Part shown: positions 46,680 through 56,673 of the stretch, in pieces
Numbering within the stretch: position 1 is the first letter of the stretch
Layout of the letters: each line of letters starts with the position of its first letter
Origin: Dudresnaya verticillata
Taxonomy: Eukaryota
Direction of reading: 5' to 3'
NCBI GenBank assembly: GCA_977862235.1
Contig: OZ374559.1
Location: forward strand, 2,852,001-2,916,000
DNA length: 64,000 nt
Notes under the pieces: generated by a model
The model's database searches: none
Seen by the model: only the letters and a program-made list of their open reading frames with translations
What the model was told of the DNA's origin: nothing
Program-made: the position numbers and the translations under genes

Positions 46680-47620
46680 CATCTCCGCTGTGCTCTACGC
46701 GCCGCGTCCGCTCGTCTGGCTCGCTTGCTCCCCTGCCTGTGTCGCTCGCGCGCCTGCTTCGCATCTCCCGCGTCGTCCGCGTCGCTTCTGCTGCTGTGCT
46801 GTACTCTCCGGACCGCTCGTCTGGCTCGCTTGCTCGCCTGCCTGGGTCGCTCGCGCGCCTGCTTCGCGTCGTCCGCGTCGCCCGCGTCGCCCGCATCGCT
46901 TCTGCTGCTGTGCTCTATTCTCCGCGCCCGCTCGTCTGGCTCGCTTGTTCGCCTGCCTGGCTCGCTCGCGCGCCTGCCTCGCATCGCCCGCGTCGCTTCT
47001 GCTACTGGGCTCTACTCGCCGCGTGCACTCGTCTGGCTCGCTTGTTCTTCTGGTTGGCTGGCTCGCCCGCCCGCTTCGCATCGTCGGGTTCGCTCGCTTT
47101 TGTTCATCTACTCGCCGCGTCAGCCCACCTGGCTGGCTTTATCGCCAGCCCGCTTCACGCGATCGCGTTGGCCTGGTCCCTCTCTGCTGTTGACCTACTC
47201 CCCGCTGCCGCACGCCTTGCTGGCTTGCTCGTTCGCCTGCTTCGCGTCGCCGTGGGCGCTTCTGCTACTCTGCGTTCCGCACCTACCTTCCTCGCCCGCC
47301 CGCCTGTCGCTGCCCGAATCGCTTCTGCTACCAGCAACTGTGCTCTACTCGCCGCGCCCGCTCACCTGGCTCGCTTACTCGCCTGGTTGGCTCGTTTGCC
47401 CGCCCGCTTCGCATCGCCCGTGTCGCTTCTACCGCCACACGCTGTGCTCTACTCGACGCGCCCGCTCGTCTGGCTCGCTTGCTCGCCTATCCGTCTCCCT
47501 CGCCGACCCGCTTCGCGTCGTCCTGGTCAGTTTCTGCTGTTGAACTATTCGCCGTGCCCACTCGCCGGGCTGCCTCGCTCGCCCGCCTGCCCGCTTCACT
47601 CGATCGCGTCGCCCCGGTCG
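46680..47620 (+). repeat. GC-rich, A-poor tandem array (about 9 units of 90-145 bp)
   Basis: Core CTCGTCTGGCTCGCTTG at 46711, 46816, 46931, 47028 and 47465, with degenerate copies near 47126, 47216, 47362 and 47560. Confidence 0.9.
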
Positions 47621-47643
47621 CTAGCTGCTATTTGGATATCGAC

Positions 47644-50277
47644 ATGTCCGGTAACCCGTACCAGCAGGGGGATGGGGCTGGACCGAGCAACACCCATGTT
47701 AATAGCGACGCTTATGGAAACGACCATGGTCACGCGTACGCTAACCAGTTTCATAACGGCTTCAGCCACGGAAGCGGTCGTGGAGCATATGATGAGTTCT
47801 CAAGAGGGGAATATCGTGGAAGAACTCGCCACGGCCTGGGAAGGGGACGCCGCATCCGCGATCGCCGATATGCTTACGGCAGACGTGACCAAGACCGGTC
47901 ACTTGTGACAAGTATTGATGCTGAGAATCTCAGCGGTCGCCATGAGTGGAACCTGGAACCGTCTCAGACGAACAGCTATCGCGATCTTGTTCAAGGAAAC
48001 ACCAACGCGCGCACCGACATGGTTCTGTTCAAGAAGGCTTCCGAAAAGGTCGGCGTACAGAAGTGCATGAACGAGTTCTCGAAGTTCATGCGGGCTAAGC
48101 GTCTATTTGATGTACCCACGACTCTTCGAACTGCACGGACACATGCGCGGGAAGCGAAAGAATGCTACTACCTCGAGGAAATGGAGGAATATCTCAACAT
48201 GGAGGCCATAGCGGGGAATGCACCCAGCCTCACTGTAGCCGACTTGGTGCCCCAAGATATTCCTATGCTTAAGCACTCGCTTGTTAAAAGGCACTTCCAC
48301 GCCTTCAGCAAGCGTCCGGGCTTCTTTCAGGAGCATTTAAACCGTAATAGGTACAGGCTATGGCTCCCACATGACAGCCCTGAGACGTCAATGCTGCCAA
48401 TCGATGTGCTATCTGGGTACTATCCCAAGGTCCAGAACTGGGTTTGGGATATCGAGCAGCCGTCCGCACTTCCTGTTTACACGCCACCAGTTTTGTACTA
48501 CTTCTTTACGGATCTGAGGGATGCTGTGCAGTGTGCAGAGAAAGTGGTTTCGGAATCAGGACCTCCGCTTTCAGAACGCTCACGAAGGCTTCTATTCGTA
48601 CTTCAAATGGAGTATTATGTCATGTTCATGCTGGCTTGGTTTAATGAAGCTGTTTACGGTTCGAAGATGTTTGTCCTCACCCCAAACACAATTAGAGTTC
48701 TCGATGATAATCTTGGCGAAGTGTCTGACATCGGTGGTGTACCGGCAGCCGCCATTCTGAAGCTGATGCATGAGGCAGAGGCAATCCACAAGGACTGGCA
48801 CAATTGGATCGGATTTGTGAACGAGGAGACGGTCTTCAGCAAGTTTGTATGGGCCGTGAGTGGCCCCGGCTTTGAGCCTACAGCCGACCGCGTACGCGAC
48901 TCTGGAAACACAACGTACTACAGTTACATCACCAGAAGAACCTGGACGGAGGAAGAGTATGAGATGGAGTTCTCCGAAGGTTATGTCAATGACACCGTGG
49001 ACAGTACAACTCTGGAAAGCAAGATGGACCGACACGACATCGACGCAATTCGCGGGCTTCGTCACCACGTCACTGCGTACTGGAACTTTTCAAACGGTGA
49101 TCCCAGTGTACGTCAAGTGCTTGGCATCATGATGCAGGTCAACGCTAACGAACATGCGATCGCAGAATAGAAAGCTAAAGAGCATAAGGACACAGAAAGG
49201 GGGGCGCAGCAGGTTCTTTACGGCATCGTCGACAGGATGATGTACCCGAAGAAGCCCGCTCTGGAGTATGGATAGTATCGTGAACACGACAGGGGCGCTG
49301 GTTACGGTCGCCGAGTGTACACCACGGATCATTACGCAAATCAACGCGATTACGTGGGTCCTAGCACTCGTACAGCTGCCAACCAGGCAAGCTACCCATC
49401 GTTCGATTTCAACCAGTACGCTGGTGATATGGGAACTACTAGGGCTCCACCGAGCAGGTATGCAAGTCGCGAACGCGGTGAGGGTGTCCGAGGATATCAA
49501 ACGTCAAGTCAAGGGTATCAAGATCCATATGCCACAGGAGGGCGAGGCGGTCACAGTCACCACGCCCCTTTCAACGCCATGGCTCAGTCTGCTATAGGGG
49601 AAAGAGTCCATAAGCAGCCAATCCCCCCGTGGGAAGCAGCTATTCAAGAGCGCACAACAGCGGCCAGAGAACAGCCCGCCGGCTCCGCTGAGCAGCTTCC
49701 AGTGCTTGACATTCGCGAGCCGGATGCTCGTGGCACTCGTACGCGTCCTGGCACTCCGCTGAGAAAAGAAACGGGAACCCGCACGCCTCGACCGGGCACT
49801 CCTATTCGACGAATAGACAGCCCATTTCAACCGAACAGAAGAACGCAGGCAGTGGCCATCCCCGAAGTGCCGATGCCTGGCAGCATTGCCAATAATATAG
49901 AAGCAATCGCGGCAGGAAAGCGCCCTCTTAAGGGTTCGTCGAGCACAGTTGGGATTGAGGCGAACGCCGGACCCAGCAGTGCAGCAGTTAATGGCTTTCA
50001 GACCCGGAGCGGTGATTCACGTCCGAATAAGATATCTCGCAGGGATGGGGCTGTGTCCCAGCAGACGTCGGAACCGAACGCAGGTATTGCGGAGCATGCG
50101 TCGGCAGCCAACCCGGGCTCCAATAGCGTAATGAGCCGGCACCCACCCACCATGGACGCGGAAATGCGCGCGGTACTGGAGGGATCTGGTCATGTTGCTG
50201 AATGTGGTAAGAGTAGTGCCGGTTCCGGAGCTGCGAAGGGTTCGGGAAGTAAGGGTGGTGTAGCAAAGAAGCATTGA
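47644..50277 (+). pseudogene. CACTA-borne orphan of about 877 codons interrupted by two in-frame TAG stops
   Basis: ORFs 47479-49170 and 49315-50277 share a frame; stops at 49168 and 49273; RG-rich N-terminus, globular middle, disordered tail. Confidence 0.7.
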
Positions 50278-50309
50278 GTAGTGTTGTTCAGAACTGAGAA
50301 TCTCGTTGA

Positions 50310-50922
50310 ATGAGTTCAAATCTGCTCAATGTAACAAATGGTGCATCAATAAAGCAAGACCCCAAAGAGAGTCAATCTGCCTTTGAAAGGTTGTGGAGTG
50401 CAAAAGGCGGCGCATCCCTACAAACCGTCCATTACCCGGGGCGTGTGCGCAATGCGGAAAAGAAAGTTCAGCGCCACGCCGGTTGCATTCATCGGAAACT
50501 CACTTGGGCGCGATGGTGAGGGCCACAACTTTGCGGGGGCTGCCCATTTTCAGACCTGTGTTGTTCATAATCGTACGTTCACCGCCTTCAAACCGCTGGT
50601 GGAAGAGGTACGCTCTGTCATGCGGAAGGAACCGGGATCAGCTCGTAGCAGGCTCAAGGCAGGTAATGCTTCAAATTTTGCATGGGCGGAACCGTGTGTG
50701 GAAGCCGCTGGTGTTGATGATATTGAGCGCCTAGTGTCTATGGCGTTGCTTAGCCCCGGCAGACTCTGAGACTTAGGGAGGGACTCTCAAAGCGTAGTTC
50801 GAAAGTTAGCTCAATTGAGTGCATCTGCTGAGTGTGAAGTGAACACTGAGCGCATTGAGACTGCTGCATCCTTCCTGGAAGAATTACTGCTTACCATCCG
50901 CACTGCTCGAAGCTTCTGCTAG
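50310..50922 (+). pseudogene. CACTA-borne small ORF remnant
   Basis: About 200 protein-like codons with a frameshift (near 50460) and a stop (50767). Confidence 0.35.
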
Positions 50923-51117
50923 CAGAAACGGGGGATGCGAATCGGCTCTCGATTAATTGCAATTGCGCCTGTACAGGTACCGCGGTACCATCGCGATGTC
51001 GGTGCAGCTCCATTCGATACAGCTGATCGCCTCAGCACTCGACTGTCTGCAAAGAAGGAAAGTTGCCCTCGCGAAGCTTGCATGCCACGGTAGTGCTACC
51101 GATACACATCCTACGTC

Positions 51118-52200
51118 TTAAGACAGTGAATTCACTTCAAGTCCGCCTGAAAGGTCTCCAATCTTCTCCGGGATAATGGTGGCCACCTGAAACAATTCAC
51201 CCATCCCCGTCTTGCCGACCAGTTTCTCATAATCCGTTTGCAACTGCTCCATCTTCTTATCAATGACCTCACCGCTCTCCCCATTCTTCTCGCCGTGTTC
51301 AATAACAACCTTAACAACCCGTCGAAACCTCTCTGAAATCCCCAAGCTTAGACCAAACTCCCTCTGCGACACTGTCCCCGCCATACTGACGCCCTGAGCC
51401 CCCTCTCGACTTACCATCTCCACAGCACTGCGCACCGCGGCAAAATCCACATACACCGTGAGCTCGCATTCGCCCGGCCGATGCAGCACGTCCACCTGCT
51501 CATGTCTGCTGAAAATGCGAAGCGTATCGCCGGTATGCCTGTCCTTCCCATAGTCAACAAGTAGCGCAGCCCCACCCCCATCTCTCACGGCCCGCGCAAC
51601 TGCTTGCACGGTTGCTATGCGCTCCGCTCCAACCTCTGCAATGCGCGCGTCGCGCGGCGGCGGGTGCAGCTGCAGCAGTTTATGCGCCGGCGTCCTCGAA
51701 GCCGTGAGTACAAGGCGCAATTGCGCCTGCTCGTCGTCAACGTCCGGATCGATGTCGACCAGCCGCTGGTGCCACTCATCAGCGCTGGGCTCTCCATCCG
51801 ATGCTCGCTGAAAAACGTTCACGGGCAACGCGTCTAGGAACTCGTGAAGCACGAATACTCTTCGTGGCGGGGTGCCACCATCTGTTGACAGTACGTGCTC
51901 CAGTGATGGGGCCCACGACAGCGGCGCGCCGCGGGAGGTGCGGCGCGGAGAGGGCGGCGCGTTACGTCTTGCGCAGCGAGTCGCTGGTGTCCACTAGCGT
52001 CACGGAGGTTGGTGCGTGGCCGAGGCAAGACAGCGCTGGAAAGGCTGTGGAGGGAAATGCGCCTGTGCCGGGGCCTAGCTCGATGAGGTGGAAGGGCGCT
52101 TTGGCGGTCTTTGAGAGAGTGTGTGCGGTCCACACAGCCAGAAATTCGAAGAATATCGGGGAGATCGAGAGGCGGCGCGAAGCAGCAGAAAGGCCAGGGT
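51118..52200 (-). pseudogene. NDUFAF7: Decayed copy of NDUFAF7/MidA-family SAM-dependent arginine methyltransferase
   Basis: ISPIFFEFLAVW...LIELGPGTG; HEFLDALPV; AALLVDYG...DTLR...HRPGECELTVYVDF; SQREF..LGI..R; MGELFQV. Frameshifted and lacks a clear N-terminus. Confidence 0.88.
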
Positions 52201-52569
52201 CATCGAGAACTGAGCGGCAAACATGGCCGCCTTGCGCTGCGTCGGCACGAGCATGCGCGACAGCGCGCGGCTCTTCGTCAAAACGATCGTGCACCTCGAG
52301 GTGCATGATGCGAACGATTTGGTACCAACACGTTGCACGTGTGCAATGCTGTTGATGAAATCGCAACGCAAAAGTGTCGAATGTCGCTTCCGCGATATTG
52401 AGCTTCCAGAAACAACCTCTGTTGCCCTGTGACGCCAGTAGCGGTGCGCGTGAGCAGAACTGCTAATTGCATTTCGGCGACAGGCGGCAATGGGCCGGGC
52501 CAAGTGATAATATGGTTGAAAATATAGGTTAAAAATATCGCAGATTTTAGGAAATGGCCTTGTAGTGCT

Positions 52570-52643
52570 ATTCCGTGCTTGTCGGTGCCGGTGAATTCCA
52601 TGTTTGATTCCGTGCTTGTCGGTGCCGGTGAATTCCATGTTTG
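52570..52643. repeat. Perfect 37-bp tandem duplication abutting the CACTA right end
   Basis: ATTCCGTGCTTGTCGGTGCCGGTGAATTCCATGTTTG occurs twice. Confidence 0.95.
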
Positions 52644-52679
52644 AATCCACTGCCACGTTTTGTGTTAGATCGGATGTTC

Positions 52680-52711
52680 ATCATCATCATCATCACAACT
52701 TTATTGAAGCG
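52680..52711 (-). mobile_element. 32-bp LINE 3'-tail insertion with 10-bp TSD
   Basis: Reverse complement CGCTTCAATAAAGTTGT(GAT)5, flanked by TCGGATGTTC at 52670-52679 and 52712-52721. Confidence 0.9.
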
Positions 52712-54504
52712 TCGGATGTTCTGACTTCAGAAGGATCTGTGAAGATCGATTTATACATGAAGGGGGCAACAAAAGATTATCTGCACAGGCAGAGATTCCC
52801 TCACATAGGGTTCTACAACAGACTCATTACCCGGAACTGTCCCATATCTCACAACACGCTCGTAGAAGTGTCTTTCAACATCCGAAAGAACCATACGGAT
52901 ATCGGCTTGCAAGCCCGACAACGTTCAGGAGGCATGGGCATGGCGGAGTATGTAAAACGTGTCGCGACTGCCTGCAGACTGGCAGCGCTGAAGACAATCG
53001 CGAACCTCACTGAACATGAAAGAAAGTTAAAAAGTTAAATTACAAGGAGCAAGAGTGTCCGTCTACCTCTATAAATAGAAAGAAAGGGGCTTGCGAACCG
53101 CAATAGAGGTGGAACGAAAATAGACCACATGTCCTTGTCTAGCAGGGCCGAAAACGTCCGCTCCTTGACGGAACCCGGCTACACTGCCGTACCAGCTTCG
53201 ATGTTCAAGCCACCGAAAGCTATCCGCTGCATAGAGCAGTATGTTGGTACCGACAAGGTCTCGCCAGAAAACCTTCAGAGCCAAAAAAGTATACCAGATA
53301 CTCAACGTTCCCATGAGGAGGTTTCAGTATTGCAGGAGACTTGGGAAAGCAGCAAATCGAAGAAGAAAAGGAAAGCCATACTCCGGGCATTAGGTGAGCT
53401 TAAGGAACTGGTGACGGTGGCACATGATAGACTTTTTCGCGGGTGGAGTTTGCCTAAGCTTGCAATGTACCTGTCTGATGAGGTTTTCAGCCCATCGGTA
53501 GACTGATTACACGAAGTTCTCTGGCTAGAGTCAAGAACGAAGGCCAAGTTCGACAGGTTTTAGAACCTCTGCTTTCCTTCTTCAGGAGAGAAGCCCATCT
53601 CCGTACTGTGTATCGCGGTGACTTGCTTCTAGACTTCGAGTTACTTCCTGGAGCACTGCAGAAGATCACAAATCTTGTCAGTGAGCCCACTACAGTACGG
53701 TTACTCCAGAGATTCTTTCAGAGTACGAGGATGCAAGGGTGTCTCTATGCCACTTGAAACGCCTTGCAAAAACTTTCCAGAATATTCCTATACTTGAAAG
53801 CGACATATGGTTGACCGACGAGGTTGTTGTCAACGTCATGAACAATCTGTTCTCTGCTATGGACTCATATGAGCAGAAAGTGCTTCATCTCAACTCATTT
53901 ACGGTCCCTCTAGCCCATGTATATCTGAATGGTTCAAGATGCCACAGTGACCTAGAAAGGCAATCAAATCTCTTCAAGCTCGTGCGTGCGCTTACGGTAC
54001 CCAGAAAATGGTAGGGCACTTCGTATTCAGACGCCGAAATTGCCTTCGCCACCTGTTTGGTTAAGAGTTCTCCAAACTCTCAAAAACCAGACCATTGGAT
54101 ATGCTTGATTGCAGATCGACACAAGAAGAGGATATTGTTTGCAGACCCGACTCCAGATGACGACGTGGATACGATACAACACGTTGAGGCCTTCGCGTGT
54201 CTCCTGGAGAACGTTGATGGGGTTTGTCGGACAAACGGAAGAAGGTACCAGTCGCTACCGAGGCAAACAAACCACTGAGACTGTGGCATTCTAGTCCTTT
54301 TGGCAACCATAAGCCTTAAGAAGCAAAGCGCACTACCCCCGAATCTTGGGCAGGCATTGCATACAAGAAAATGTAGGGTACGTTTCGCGCATGAACTCAT
54401 TGCTAAGTACTCGTCGTAGTGAAAACCCAAATCGAACATAAAAACCAACGAACTCTACTACGTTCTTGCATCATGCATCACACGCCTTGTTCGCACGCGC
54501 GCGT

Positions 54505-54560
54505 GTACTCATGGTTTTAACGTCCTCGCACGCGTGCCAGGAAGTTAAAACCATGAGTAC
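54505..54560. repeat. 56-nt hairpin with 17-bp perfect arms, between convergent ORFs
   Basis: GTACTCATGGTTTTAAC ... GTTAAAACCATGAGTAC; the loop contains the palindrome GCACGCGTGC. Confidence 0.95.
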
Positions 54561-54849
54561 TTCAGGCCATGGCCTGCAAAGTATGCACAAGCGGTAGAAA
54601 CAGACCACGAAACAGAGTGCAAACAATAAACAAGCACTGAAACACTGTTCTGTTCGGCCGTCAAGTGAATCATCCGCGCGGACGCGCGTCATGGAACATG
54701 AACTTGGCCCTCCGAGCGGTACCATATGGCATGGTCAACACATAACCCATTTTCAGTAACGATCGCCACAAAAAAGGGTTTCGTCTCTTTTTGGCTTCAC
54801 AAACACATAAAAACCATACGCAATAGTCTAGAACATATTGATGAAGAAT

Positions 54850-56064
54850 CTACTCCGAATAATCGTCGACGATACGCCACGTTGGTCGACAGAGTGTCGG
54901 AAGATCATTTCTTACCTCTTCTCTCTTCTTTGACCTTTTACGTTGCTTCAGGAACCTTCCTTTCTCCGAGGACATTCGTTTCTTCATGTATGAGCCAGAG
55001 GTGCTCCTAGGCTGTAACTTGAGCTCCTTTATCTTTTTAATGTCACGAACATGAAAACCTTCCCCAACGCACACATCAAGAACCCCCAGATTCAGGTTCG
55101 ATCCATACCTCTCAACTGAACCAATAACGACTGAACGGAAGGCGTCCACGACAACAGCATGGCTGACAAATTCTCTGAAGCAGTTGACTCCCAGTAGGCG
55201 TACTAGGAATATTCCTTCCCTTCTGTTGACAAGCCACACTTCGGGGAATTATTCATCTGGAATGGCAGGATTCTCAAAACGGTAGATGGGAGAACGTTGC
55301 TCTAACTAGGTGCCGGCATACGCCAGGCACGACGCAGTTACGGCTCCGGATCTCAATAACATTAGGGAAGCCGATGCTCCTTCTAAACAAAACACTGCAT
55401 TCGCAAGCGCTGCTCGGACACATTAGCCATGTTTTGCGCGACAGTAAACAGGAACGGAAGAGTTTCGGAACAAGACGGCATCATAGGAGGGCTCACGATG
55501 GCCAGGTGTCCAAATATTGATGAACTTGTCCGGATTCTGTGTGCAAAGATTGTCCAGTTGTTCAAGACACCCAGCACGAAACTTCTTGTTAGGCACAAGA
55601 TGAACCGAAGGGACGGAACAGAGTGAGTCCGAAAGCTCTTCGACCTCGGAGCAGATTGGACTGCTTACTTTTTCAATAAGGTCAGGAAAATAGTTGATAT
55701 CTATCGTGTGGAAGTCGGCCTGCCAAAATCTTTCTGGGCCTCCGCGTAGATACGAGTAGGCATAGTAGGTATCCTGTTGAAATTGTTTCACGTGCCCAGA
55801 AGAGAACATCACTCGCTTGATTTCGTAGTTTCCATCGTGAGTCGAAGAGAGCATTGGTTTGACCCATTGAGCAACGTCAAGTCGCCATCGCGCAATGACT
55901 TGTCTGGATAGAGTCTTTCCTGGACGGTCTTTCAAACAGTTGACATGCCTGAAACCGACCCGCGATGGGGCTCGCAAACCTGAAACGAAGCCACTCACAT
56001 CAAGAGACAGAATAGACATCTCAACCTTTGTTCCCAGCGTAAATTGAACTTCTTCCCCTTTCAT
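54850..56064 (-). pseudogene. ORF of about 404 codons with three in-frame stops; possible papain-like cysteine peptidase C-terminal domain
   Basis: Read-through gives HG*CVRAALANAVFCL ... GIFLVRL ... SHAVVVDAFRSVVIGS, a Cys-helix then His-strand arrangement. Confidence 0.5.
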
Positions 56065-56545
56065 GGAAGGCTGCGGAGTGAAACAGACAACTGGGGAAAG
56101 ATTATCGGCATGAAAGAACTATAGAGCCATGTCGTCTGCTTTTAGCTACGCTGCTCTCGTATTGGAGTTACTATTAATATAGTAAAGAGCGCGATACGGT
56201 CCTCAGGCTTGGAAGTGGAGCACGATGACTATTCAATAAGATCAGGATGGTCGGTTGAATGGCAAGCCAGCGCAGCCTCCCTACACTACGTCCCGCAGGC
56301 CCACAAATAGAGCCGGGAGGTAGCGAAATACCTTCAATCTTGGCGCAGAGACGTGTCTGACTCGCAGCAAATGAAAAAACAGTCCGATATTGCTTCCACT
56401 TAGTTACTGAGAAGGCTTCCCACTTAGTAGCTGTCTCCTGCTTCTACCTGAAAGAGAAAGAGTACTTCTATACAAAAGGGTATCCAGCGCCACCTGAATA
56501 GGCCATAAAATTAGAGTTCGCAGCAGTGTTGGTTGAAAACGCATA

Positions 56546-56673
56546 CTAACAGTTGGCAACCGTTAGCTACTAACAGTTGCCAAAACGGGCAACTGTTAGC
56601 TGCTAACAGTTGCCAAAAGTTGCATCCAAACTGTTAGGTCTAACCGTTGCCAAATGTTTGCGGCTAACAGTTG
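56546..56673. repeat. Array of eight 10-bp CTAACAGTTG-like motifs in mixed orientation
   Basis: Copies at 56546+, 56557-, 56570+, 56590-, 56603+, 56628-, 56640+ and 56664+. Confidence 0.9.

Larger units (their letters stand above)
33098..52567 (-). mobile_element. Giant (19,470 bp) CACTA/EnSpm DNA transposon with cargo
   Basis: TIR CACTACAAGGCCATTTC (33098-33114) has its exact reverse complement at 52551-52567; 2-bp TSD CT (33096-33097, 52568-52569); internal CMC-type transposase; the flanking ORF rejoins in frame. Confidence 0.93.
52568..54419 (+). pseudogene. C-terminal part of the MULE-like transposase followed by a Ulp1 (peptidase C48) domain
   Basis: SHNTLVEVSFNIRKN (catalytic E region); WLTDEVV...HWICLIAD...FADP...QTNH*DCG (His-Asp-Cys triad plus Gln); multiple stops. 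Confidence 0.78.

Noticed and set aside
46680..47620. CRISPR-like array
   Set aside because: Inter-core sequences are homologous to each other rather than unique spacers, there are no cas genes, and the context is eukaryotic.
46468..47908. Several long Arg/Ala/Leu-rich ORFs in many frames
   Set aside because: They arise from the A-poor tandem array, which cannot easily form stop codons; no evidence of coding.
52678..52696. His6 suggesting a vector tag or metal-binding site
   Set aside because: It is the antisense (GAT)n tail of a LINE insertion flanked by a TSD.
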